Shown piece by piece: positions 25,164 through 32,662 of a DNA stretch of 32,662 bases; within the stretch, counting starts at the first letter, position 1, and each line of letters starts with the position of its first letter. The notes beneath the pieces were generated by a model. It saw only the letters and a program-made list of their open reading frames with translations. It did not search any database and was not told the origin of the DNA. The stretch spans positions 1 through 32,662 of the forward strand of contig JBBAUQ010000002.1 in NCBI GenBank assembly GCA_040398125.1, given 5' to 3'. The stretch comes from Solirubrobacterales bacterium. GTDB taxonomy: Bacteria > Actinomycetota > Thermoleophilia > Solirubrobacterales > 70-9. A program made the translations under genes and the position numbers.

Positions 25164-25637
25164 TCAGAGCTTCCTGGTGAACAGGGTGTCGGGATTCTCA
25201 CCCCACCGCTCGGGCAGGTGGCTGGACCGGAAACCGCTCCCCTCGTAGAGGGCGATCGCCTCGGTGTTCCCGGAATTGGTCTCCAGCTGCATTCGCTCGC
25301 ACCCACGGGATTTCGCCCGTTGGATGGCCGCCTCGACCAGTGCCTTGCCGAGGCCCTTGCCCCGGGCCTCCTCGGCGACGAAGAGGTCTTCCAGCCAGGC
25401 ATCTTCCCGGCCACTCCAGACCGAGAGCCGGTAGCGCACCTGGGCGAATCCGACCTCGGGATCACCGATCAGGATGTACTCGGTCCCGGGGTCCTCGATC
25501 AACTCGGCGACGGCCGCCTCGATCACGGCGTTGGTCGGCTCCTCTTCATCGAGGAAGTCACGGAACTCGCTGATCAGCCGGGTCACAGTGCCAGTATCGG
25601 CCCGTCCGGCAATCCGGACCGGGGTCTCAGGCCCCAC
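25164..25637 (-). CDS. GNAT family N-acetyltransferase
   Basis: Acetyl-CoA motif A RGKGLGKALVEAAI and NTEAIALYEGSGF. The GTG at 25637 gives 157 aa and overlaps the upstream sulfatase-family stop by 11 nt. The start is uncertain. Confidence 0.7.
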   Translation of the reverse strand: MGPETPVRIAGRADTGTVTRLISEFRDFLDEEEPTNAVIEAAVAELIEDPGTEYILIGDPEVGFAQVRYRLSVWSGREDAWLEDLFVAEEARGKGLGKALVEAAIQRAKSRGCERMQLETNSGNTEAIALYEGSGFRSSHLPERWGENPDTLFTRKL

Positions 25638-27825
25638 TGGCGTCCTCGATCGGCCCCGCACCCGAGTACAGCTTCTGGAGCGTCTTGCCACCCCTGCCGA
25701 GCAGATAGACGTCAACCTTGTTGAAACCGCGTTTCAGGGCGTCCGGGGGCAGGAGGATCGAGTATCCGACCCCGGCCCTGAGTCGGTCCCTGAAGGTCCA
25801 GCCGACACCCTGGATCCGGTCATCGACCGCGATGGCGATCACCCGATTGGCAGGGACCCCCCTTGCCTTGCCCCGCTGGAGCAGGCCGATCAGTGCCGGC
25901 CCCTCGGGGTCGAAGTTCTTGGGGGCGTTTCGCTTCTCGGGGGAGGCGAACTGGTCGGCTTTGGCAGGCAGGCGTCCGAAGTCTGTGACCGGACGTCCGA
26001 TCAACTCCTTGCGCGGACCGGAACGGTACACCGGTCCCCAGCCGGTCCCGGTGGTGAACAACGCCTGGATCCGCCGGATGACCGCGTCGCGCTGGTCGAC
26101 CATCTCGCTGACCGGAGCCTCGAGGGTGCCGGTCGGCGGGTTGCGCACGTTGACGGTGTCGGCCGGGCAGTCCTGGACCTCCCACGGGTAATCGATCTCC
26201 AACCGTTTGGCAACCTCGGGCAGGATGTCACTGGCGCAGGTGTGCCGGTCGACGACCTCGGCCTCGTCTTGACCGGGTGACTTTATGAACAGCGGGACCG
26301 AGGCCACCCAACCAAGGTTCTGGCCGGTCGCCTTGCGCCGGTCTACTCGTGAGCTGAAGGCCGCTCCGTGGTCGGCGGTCACGACCACCAGGGAGTCATC
26401 CCAGAGACCCCTTTTCTCCAGGGAGGCCTTGATCAGGCCGAACAGCGTGTCGGTGAAACCGACCTCGAGTAGCCCCCGCTGGAGGGCGATGTCGACGACC
26501 CGCTGGGGAGCCAGCCATTTCCGGTCATCCGGCAGAAGACCACTCCACTCGTCCGAGACGTTGGTGTAGCGCTGGCCGTCCGGAATGTGCTTCCAGGGGT
26601 AGTGGGGCTTCAGCAGGTGGATCATGTCGAGCCGCTCGCGCCGCTCCGTGCCGAGGTTACGGTTGAACCTCGCCACCGCCACCTCGGTCTGCTCGAGGTC
26701 ACCCCCGGCAAAGACCCGGCCGAGATCCCGGGCCCCGCCGCGGGCGGTGCGCTGCGGTTTCTCGGTCTCCTCTTCGATGGACAGTTCCGTCTGCTGGTAA
26801 TCATCACCGAAGCCACCGAAGGCCTTGGAGATGTCAGGGAGGTTCCGTCGCATCGAGTTGGGCAGCAGCAGGTGCTGGGAGACGACGAACAGGTCCGAGA
26901 ACAGCGCATCCGTGCTGGTGTCGTAGCCGAGGTCCTCCTCCCTGGCCGGGCAGAGTGAATCGGGACAGACCTTGGTGATCAGCTCGTTCACCTCTAGCCC
27001 GTAGCTGCCGCCGAGCAGCGTGAAGATGCTTCGTGGGTGCTCCGAGGCGATCGGCAGGTCATCGATTTCGGCGTGGCGTCCGGTGAGGATGCTCGGGACG
27101 GCTACCGGTGTATAGGCCCCGGAAGCCGATGTGTTCCGGTACCAGGTCGACTGTCCGGCCAGCTCGGCGAGGTTCGGGTACCTGCTCGCGTCGATCGACT
27201 TCTCGTCTTCCATCAGCGCCGCCAGTGGGAACTCGTCGAAGATCACCATCACCACCCGGGCCGGATTGCCGACCTCGATCTGTTCGGCCTCGGGATTCTG
27301 GTTTGGGGTGATCAGCCTCGAGGTCGGGCTGAGGAAGAAGAAGACGGCCAGGATCACCAGGGGCGCCGGCGTCAGGATGTCCATGAAGGTCTTCGGGAAT
27401 CGCCACCTGTCGTAGGCGTAGACGCCGGCAACGGCGATCAATATCGAGAACCCGATCAGCAGGGCAGCGGACCAGTCCAGGTAGCGCTTGGCGAGGCTGA
27501 GCGCGAGGGCAGCTCCGACCAGGCCCATCAAGACCAGGTGGATTCCCCACCGAAGGCGGGGGCTGATCCGGTTAGCCACCAGCTCGATCACCAGGGCCAC
27601 GATGGGAGGCCCGAAGGCCAGCACCAGCGCGTAGAGGATTATCTGGCCAGTCGAGTTAGCCCGGGCGACGAAGAACTCGGGACTGCCGCCCAGAAGCGAC
27701 AGCATCGGCTGCAGGAAGGCCAGTGCCCACAGGGCCGTCAGGTGGGCTACGCCCAGCAGCACCGAGGGACGCGAGGATCCCGACTGGTCCTTGCCTGCGG
27801 CCGTCTTGTCGATCTGTTCGTTCAT
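25627..27825 (-). CDS. Polytopic membrane sulfatase-family (LtaS/EptA-like alkaline-phosphatase-superfamily) transferase, paralog 1
   Basis: About 5 N-terminal TM helices. Then VMVIFDEF (metal Asp/Glu), YTPVAVPSILTG (candidate nucleophile Thr) and VVTADHG. An extra C-terminal domain of about 150 aa. Confidence 0.75.
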   Translation of the reverse strand: MNEQIDKTAAGKDQSGSSRPSVLLGVAHLTALWALAFLQPMLSLLGGSPEFFVARANSTGQIILYALVLAFGPPIVALVIELVANRISPRLRWGIHLVLMGLVGAALALSLAKRYLDWSAALLIGFSILIAVAGVYAYDRWRFPKTFMDILTPAPLVILAVFFFLSPTSRLITPNQNPEAEQIEVGNPARVVMVIFDEFPLAALMEDEKSIDASRYPNLAELAGQSTWYRNTSASGAYTPVAVPSILTGRHAEIDDLPIASEHPRSIFTLLGGSYGLEVNELITKVCPDSLCPAREEDLGYDTSTDALFSDLFVVSQHLLLPNSMRRNLPDISKAFGGFGDDYQQTELSIEEETEKPQRTARGGARDLGRVFAGGDLEQTEVAVARFNRNLGTERRERLDMIHLLKPHYPWKHIPDGQRYTNVSDEWSGLLPDDRKWLAPQRVVDIALQRGLLEVGFTDTLFGLIKASLEKRGLWDDSLVVVTADHGAAFSSRVDRRKATGQNLGWVASVPLFIKSPGQDEAEVVDRHTCASDILPEVAKRLEIDYPWEVQDCPADTVNVRNPPTGTLEAPVSEMVDQRDAVIRRIQALFTTGTGWGPVYRSGPRKELIGRPVTDFGRLPAKADQFASPEKRNAPKNFDPEGPALIGLLQRGKARGVPANRVIAIAVDDRIQGVGWTFRDRLRAGVGYSILLPPDALKRGFNKVDVYLLGRGGKTLQKLYSGAGPIEDASGA

Positions 27826-27847
27826 CTACCCGGTTCGGTCTGGCTTT

Positions 27848-27893
27848 CCGGGCGCCTTGGGACGCCCGGCCCCGGAGGCCTCCTGCCCGGCCC
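27848..27893. repeat. Structured GC-rich intergenic element between the two sulfatase-family paralogs
   Basis: 7-bp hairpin CCGGGCG/CGCCCGG (27848-27869). It overlaps GCCCGGCCC-c-GGAGGCCTCC-t-GCCCGGCCC (27864-27893), a 9-nt direct repeat flanking a perfect 10-bp palindrome. Confidence 0.5.
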
Positions 27894-27902
27894 GGAGAAC
27901 GC

Positions 27903-29978
27903 TCAGTTTCCGCCGACCAGAGACAGTTTACGACCCTGCTTGAGGTAGACCTCAACCCGATTGGAACCGGCTTTCAGGGAGTCCGGATCGACCACGGTGC
28001 CGAACTGGACCGCACCCTCGAACCGGAAGGCCCGGGTCGTCCCCCTGACCTTTCCGTTGACCGTGACGACCAGTTCCTCTCCCGGCTTGATTCCGTCCAG
28101 GGAGCCGGTGACATACATCGGCACCAGAGACTGTCCCGGCCGGTAGTCATCCCAGGCTTCCGGTCGGGCCAGCTCGACGCCCGTCTTGCCACCCGAGGCC
28201 GCAGCCGAGCCGACCTTCGTACCGATCAACTCTGGCGATGGACCGAGCGTGTAGAGCGGACCGTCACCGAATCGCTTCACCTGGCGTTGCAGGGCGACCT
28301 CTCGCTGCGTGACCATCTCGGCCAGGGTTCCCCGGTACTCCTTGAACTTGATGTCCTTGAGGACTATGTCCCGCTCGGGGACTTCGCCCTGGATCGCGAG
28401 ACCCTCGGTCTTGTAGAGGCCGTCGACCTCGAGCTCCCGGGCGATCGTCGGCACGATGTCCAGCGTCGTCACGTGCCTTTGGTCCACCCTGCCCTTCGAC
28501 TCACCGGGGTACTTGACCAGCAGGGGCGGGTTGGCCACCTCACCCAGGCTCTCCAGGTCCACCTGGCGTTGGGGCACGGTCCCGCCCTCGAAGGAGACCC
28601 CGTGGTCGGCAGTGACCATCACCAGGGCCTTGTCCCACAGGTCGGTCGCTTCGAGACGGTCGAGGACTTCGCCCAGCAGCGTGTCGGCGAAGCCGGTCTG
28701 GACGGTCATCCGCTGGTGGGCCGATTCGACCCCCCACTCGTCGACCAGCCACTGGCCGGTCGACTCCGACAGCTGGTTGACCGGTTCGGCGCTGTACTGC
28801 TCGCCGAGCACCCCGTACTTCCAGGGCTGGTGGGGCTGCTTGATGTGCATCATGGTCAGGGAACGGTCACTCGCCGGTATCCCCCGAATGAAGTCGACGT
28901 ACTCCTGCGGGGTGCTCCGCCCGCCCCGGCCCTTGACGAAGAAGTCGGTCTTCAGGCCCTCCTTGGGGGAGGTCGCGCCGTCGAAGTCCTCGAAATTGGT
29001 GCCCACGTCCGGTAGCCGCTCGGCCAGTTGGGTCGGCAGCACCAGCCTGCCGACCACATACCGCAGGTCCGAGGCCAGGGAGCGCAGGCGGGCCCGCTGG
29101 GCTACCTGCTCGGCCTTGGGCTTCGGACAGAGGTCTGGATCACAGATCTCGGTGATCGGCTCGAGGACGTGGAGTCGGTACGAGTTGGCCAGCAGGGAGA
29201 AGAGGTTGTCGGGCTGGTCGGCAGCGGTCGGCAGTGAACCCTCGGCCGGCCGGTTCCCGGTAAGGATCCCCGGCATGGCCGTCGGGGTGAAGTAGGAGGT
29301 GGTGGTGAAGTTCGGGTACCAGGTGCCGGTCTTCGCCATCCGGGCGAAGTTCGGGTACCGCTGACCGTCGATCTCGCCGTCGGCATCGAGCAGGTTGACC
29401 GTGCCGAGCTCGTCGAAGGTGATCAGCACGACCGGGACGTCACGGCCGACCGAGGCGTCCAGCTTCTGGGCCTCATCCGGGAGCAGCACCTTGTTGGTGT
29501 CGCTCAGGAAGAAGAAGATCAACACGATCACCACCGGAGCGATGATCAGGATGTCGAACAGGTTGCGGACGAACTTCACCTGGATAGAGGCGATCCCCAG
29601 CAGGACGCCCAGTCCGAGGGACACCAGGACGACCAGTACCCAGACCCCCGGCAGGACCGGATCGAGGATCTGGATGAAGAGGAAGGCTGCGAGGACCGCA
29701 AAGAAGGTCAGGTGGACGGCCAGATAGGGCTTCGGCCCGATCTTCGAGGCGGCCCATTCGATCACCAGCATCGCCAGGGGTGGCAGGAACATGAAACCGA
29801 TCCCGAGGATCAGGATGTCGCCCGGGCTGTTGTCTCGGGCGACGAAGAAGTCGGGATTCTTGCCCAGCAGGTCGAACAGGGGCTGGGCGAAGGCCAGTGC
29901 CCAGAGTGCGGCCAGGTGACCGGCGCCGATCAGCAGCCTGCGGCGATCCGGGACCTTGGCGTCCTGCCAGAAGTTCAT
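27903..29978 (-). CDS. Polytopic membrane sulfatase-family (LtaS/EptA-like) transferase, paralog 2
   Basis: Same architecture as paralog 1: N-terminal LAALWALAF..FFVAR TM block, VVLITFDEL, FTPTAMPGILTG, VMVTADHG, and a C-terminal beta-rich domain. The ATG overlaps the methyltransferase stop (ATGA). Confidence 0.75.
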   Translation of the reverse strand: MNFWQDAKVPDRRRLLIGAGHLAALWALAFAQPLFDLLGKNPDFFVARDNSPGDILILGIGFMFLPPLAMLVIEWAASKIGPKPYLAVHLTFFAVLAAFLFIQILDPVLPGVWVLVVLVSLGLGVLLGIASIQVKFVRNLFDILIIAPVVIVLIFFFLSDTNKVLLPDEAQKLDASVGRDVPVVLITFDELGTVNLLDADGEIDGQRYPNFARMAKTGTWYPNFTTTSYFTPTAMPGILTGNRPAEGSLPTAADQPDNLFSLLANSYRLHVLEPITEICDPDLCPKPKAEQVAQRARLRSLASDLRYVVGRLVLPTQLAERLPDVGTNFEDFDGATSPKEGLKTDFFVKGRGGRSTPQEYVDFIRGIPASDRSLTMMHIKQPHQPWKYGVLGEQYSAEPVNQLSESTGQWLVDEWGVESAHQRMTVQTGFADTLLGEVLDRLEATDLWDKALVMVTADHGVSFEGGTVPQRQVDLESLGEVANPPLLVKYPGESKGRVDQRHVTTLDIVPTIARELEVDGLYKTEGLAIQGEVPERDIVLKDIKFKEYRGTLAEMVTQREVALQRQVKRFGDGPLYTLGPSPELIGTKVGSAAASGGKTGVELARPEAWDDYRPGQSLVPMYVTGSLDGIKPGEELVVTVNGKVRGTTRAFRFEGAVQFGTVVDPDSLKAGSNRVEVYLKQGRKLSLVGGN

Positions 29979-31384
29979 TCGTTTGGCTCGGCGTAGAACA
30001 GCACCCGGTGGCCCGAGGGCAGTTCTTCCCTTCGCTCGATCCGGTAACGCCGGCCGAGCTCGCGCTCGAAGTAGTCCAGGTCATAGTCCGGATTGGCCCC
30101 GTCCTGCTTGTTGGCCAGCAGCGCCTCGACCATCGGGTCATCGCGCTTGGGGAACTCGATCACCAGGCCGGAACCCAGGCTCGCGGTCCAGTCAAGGAAG
30201 TCGGCGATCGGGATGTTGGCCGAGATCGAAACGTGGTGGATCAGGGCCAGGGCAAGCATCAGATCCGGCGCGCCCCGGTCATCCAGGGTTCGGCGCTCCA
30301 GGCCACGCCAGCCCAGGGCAGGCGAGGGGTCAGCCAGGTTGCCGACGAGCGGCAGGATCGTCCGGTTGCCTTCCTGCTTGAGGGACCGGTAGAGCGCCTC
30401 GACGGTCGCGTGGTCGAAGTCGAAGGCGACCACCCTGTCGGAACCTTCGTCGGCTATCCGTGAGTAGGCACCGTCGTTGCAGCCCATGTCCCAGGTAAGG
30501 CCCGGTCGCTTGGCCTGGACGACCTGGGCGACGAAGGCCTGTTTGGCCCGGTCGTCGTCATCGGAGTAGGTGTTGTCCTGTCGGTAGCCGCTCCAGGCCG
30601 TCTCACCGGCTTTCCACCGGAGCTTTTCAACCAGCTTCCGCATGCTCTGGATGTGGGCCTTGACCGCCTGGGGCTTGACCTCGCGCTTCTTGGCGTTCTC
30701 TTCGGCCGATCCGGGGCCGGATCGGTTCGCCCGGCGGTCGAGCCGGGCGTGGAGCGAGGTGTGCAGGAATACCCCGGGGCGAAGGCGGTCACGCAGGGAG
30801 AAGACCTTGATCGCATCGATTGGCTGGATGCCGTCGATCGACCCCCTCAGCCACGGGTGGAAGGGCAGGTCCTTATGGGCCTGGAACATCAGCGGATAGA
30901 GGCAGAGCATGCAGAACTGGCGGTAACCGACCCACGGCTGCCCCTCGGGCAGTTCCTCGAAGGAGCCGACATCTATGAACACCGGCTTCGAGCCCTCGAA
31001 CTGCACGTTGTAGGGCGTGGCATCCTTCAACATCAGACCACTGTCGATCGCTTCGGTCGCGATGTCGAGCTGCAGCAGGGCGGCGTCCTTCAACATCGAG
31101 AAGGTCCACTCGTACGGGTAGGAGACGAACGGGATCCGGTCGTGCTCCAGTACCCGGGCCACCCCGGTTGGCAGGAGTTCAGTCCCGCCGTTGAGCCTGC
31201 CGGCGTCGACCTCCCTGGTTCCGACCAGGTCCCCACGTTCGACCAGCTCGGCGAGCAGGCCGCTGCTGGAGAGAAGCTCCCAGTCAGCGACTCCCTCGGG
31301 GCTTATCGCCCTGAGGACCGCGTCCCCGGAGATGACGACCCGACTGTCTCGGTCCCGGAAGGAACCGGGTTCGACCTCGGGCAA
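29975..31384 (-). CDS. Two-domain protein: N-terminal kinase-like domain fused to a C-terminal class I SAM-dependent methyltransferase
   Basis: C-terminal half: LTWDMGCNDGAYS (motif I), VVAFDFD, LALALIHHV. N-terminal half: SYPYEW and LKDATPYNVQF...PVFIDVGSF, which resembles the HxDxxxxN...D kinase catalytic/Mg loop. TTG start. Confidence 0.65.
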   Translation of the reverse strand: MPEVEPGSFRDRDSRVVISGDAVLRAISPEGVADWELLSSSGLLAELVERGDLVGTREVDAGRLNGGTELLPTGVARVLEHDRIPFVSYPYEWTFSMLKDAALLQLDIATEAIDSGLMLKDATPYNVQFEGSKPVFIDVGSFEELPEGQPWVGYRQFCMLCLYPLMFQAHKDLPFHPWLRGSIDGIQPIDAIKVFSLRDRLRPGVFLHTSLHARLDRRANRSGPGSAEENAKKREVKPQAVKAHIQSMRKLVEKLRWKAGETAWSGYRQDNTYSDDDDRAKQAFVAQVVQAKRPGLTWDMGCNDGAYSRIADEGSDRVVAFDFDHATVEALYRSLKQEGNRTILPLVGNLADPSPALGWRGLERRTLDDRGAPDLMLALALIHHVSISANIPIADFLDWTASLGSGLVIEFPKRDDPMVEALLANKQDGANPDYDLDYFERELGRRYRIERREELPSGHRVLFYAEPNE

Positions 31385-31386
31385 GG

Positions 31387-31602
31387 CTACTGCTGTTCGG
31401 CCGGCTTGTCCTCCGCCACGTCGGCGGCGTCGGAAGCCTTTTCGGCCGCCGGGGCCCCGTCATCCTTCTTCCAGAACATCAGCTTGTTCAGAAAATTCTT
31501 GCCGTAGGTCCTGAGGGCAGCTCCGACTCCGGCGACGCCGGCCAGGATCGCAGCGAGAAGGGCGCTTGCGCTGCCAGGGTCTAGGTATGCGAAGAGTTCC
31601 AT
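31387..31602 (-). CDS. Small single-pass membrane protein (71 aa)
   Basis: SD-like AAAGGA 8 nt before the ATG. N-terminal TM (ASALLAAILAGVAGVGAAL), then a Lys-rich and then acidic tail. The stop lies 2 nt before the methyltransferase start. Confidence 0.45.
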   Translation of the reverse strand: MELFAYLDPGSASALLAAILAGVAGVGAALRTYGKNFLNKLMFWKKDDGAPAAEKASDAADVAEDKPAEQQ

Positions 31603-31620
31603 TCAGCAGTCCTTTCCGTG

Positions 31621-31638
31621 GTGGGCCGGAAGGCCCAC
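31621..31638. terminator. Perfect 7-bp GC hairpin between the carboxylase gene and the downstream cluster
   Basis: GTGGGCC-ggaa-GGCCCAC. No U-tract follows on the minus-strand transcript, so it may be a processing or attenuation hairpin and not a strong terminator. Confidence 0.3.
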
Positions 31639-31687
31639 TCACACGCGACCAGCGAGTTTACTGAACCGGCCAGAAGTAGTGGCCGAT

Positions 31688-32662
31688 TTACTCGATAGTG
31701 ACCAGGTGGTCGCCAGTCGCCACCGCATCACCGACCGAGATCGGCAGGGCAGTCACCTTGCCGCCACGGTGGGCCGTGATCTCGTTCTCCATCTTCATTG
31801 CCTCGATGATGCAGACGAGCTGGCCCTCCTCGACTTCGGCCCCCTCCTCGACTGCGATCTTGAAAACCGATCCCTGCAGCGGGGAGGCCAGTTCGGCCTG
31901 GTTCGATCCGGCTGAGGAACTGGCCTTGCGTTCGCGCTTGGGCGGGGCCTGGCCGCCACTCGGACCGGCCGGGGCAGCCTGTACCGGACCGACCGCATCA
32001 CCGATCACCGTCACATCGAACCGCCTGCCACTCACCTCGACCGTGTAGTCGCGGGTCGCCTTCTCGGCCTCACCATCGACGGGCTCGGTTGCCTCGACTT
32101 CCTCGGGGGCGGTGGTCTTCAGCCACTCGCGGTCTTCCATCAGGTCGCGACAGGTCTCGCCATCGCGCCACTGGTCGGTTTTCAGGATGGCCTTGTGGAA
32201 CGGAATCAGGGTCTTCAGACCGCCGATCTCGTACTCCTCCAGGGCTCTCAGCATCCGGTCCGTGGCGGCCTGTCGGTCGGTATCCCAGACGATCAGCTTG
32301 GCGACCATCGGGTCATACATCGGGGTGACCTCCGAGCCTGCGACCACGCCGGAATCGACCCGAACTCCGGGGCCGGCCGGCTCGCGGTAGGAAGTGATCT
32401 GCCCCGGTGCCGGAGCGAAGTTCTTGTCGGCCCGCTCGGCGTTGATCCGGCACTCGATCGCGTGACCCTTCATCTCGACGTCCTCCTGGGTGATCGAGAG
32501 CGGCTCACCGGCGGCGATCCTGATCTGCTCCCGCACGATGTCGAAGCCGGTGACCATCTCGGTGACGCAGTGCTCGACCTGGACCCTGGTGTTCATCTCG
32601 AGGAAGAAGTACTCATCGCCGACCTGCATCCCCTCGACCGTGCCGGCCGAGTAGTAGCCGAC
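31688..32662 (-). CDS. accA: Acyl-CoA carboxylase alpha subunit (biotin carboxylase C-terminal part plus BCCP domain); 5' end lies outside the window
   Basis: The frame is open to the window edge (VGYYSAGTVEGMQVGDEYFFLEMNTRVQVEH). C-terminal biotinyl motif CIIEAMKMENEI. Confidence 0.88.
   Translation of the reverse strand, partial: VGYYSAGTVEGMQVGDEYFFLEMNTRVQVEHCVTEMVTGFDIVREQIRIAAGEPLSITQEDVEMKGHAIECRINAERADKNFAPAPGQITSYREPAGPGVRVDSGVVAGSEVTPMYDPMVAKLIVWDTDRQAATDRMLRALEEYEIGGLKTLIPFHKAILKTDQWRDGETCRDLMEDREWLKTTAPEEVEATEPVDGEAEKATRDYTVEVSGRRFDVTVIGDAVGPVQAAPAGPSGGQAPPKRERKASSSAGSNQAELASPLQGSVFKIAVEEGAEVEEGQLVCIIEAMKMENEITAHRGGKVTALPISVGDAVATGDHLVTIE

Noticed and set aside
27037-29015. Long plus-strand ORFs (27037..27948 at 303 aa, 27723..29015 at 430 aa) opposite the sulfatase-family genes. 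Similar antisense ORFs occur at 1685..2569, 18434..19456, 21687..23130, 23292..24053, 25474..26280 and 30653..31507.
   Set aside because: All lie antisense to CDSs with recognisable domains. Their translations are Arg/Pro/Gly-rich with no motifs. They are best explained by the scarcity of stop codons in high-GC sequence.

Overview
GC-rich, gene-dense chromosomal segment with actinobacterial-style gene content, possibly a deep-branching lineage such as Rubrobacteria or Thermoleophilia (inference from gene content only). I call 34 protein-coding genes and 3 tRNAs. I saw no CRISPR array, transposase, integrase or phage gene. Left to right: partition locus (jag-rsmG-parA-parB), tRNA-Ile, a BFN nuclease, ddl, an aminotransferase, an alkaline-phosphatase-family enzyme and ymdB. 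Then a menaquinone/respiration block: hepS-like, qcrABC of the split-cytochrome-b (Bacillus) type, menG and hepT. Then dcd, tatA-tatC, convergent tRNA-Lys/tRNA-Phe, a DUF1998 (SftH/MrfA-type) helicase, folP divergent from gpgS plus a HAD phosphatase, a second aminotransferase, sucCD, a HAD hydrolase, and the 3' part of a biotin carboxylase/BCCP gene. Most of this is housekeeping. Three things deserve a second look. (1) Two otherwise intact conserved genes (an aminotransferase and sucD) each carry a single in-frame TAG. Three of the six ORFs that normally end in TAG have an in-frame TGA within 1-3 codons, against 1 of 28 ORFs ending in TGA or TAA. This hints at leaky amber termination, not simple gene decay. 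(2) A tightly coupled five-gene minus-strand cluster (25164-31602) has no assignable pathway. It encodes a small TM protein, a kinase-like/SAM-methyltransferase fusion, two paralogous polytopic LtaS/EptA-like sulfatase-family enzymes and a GNAT. (3) -10-like hexamers recur 7-8 nt upstream of start codons, which suggests leaderless transcripts. All functional calls come from motifs read by eye in the supplied translations. No database search was run.
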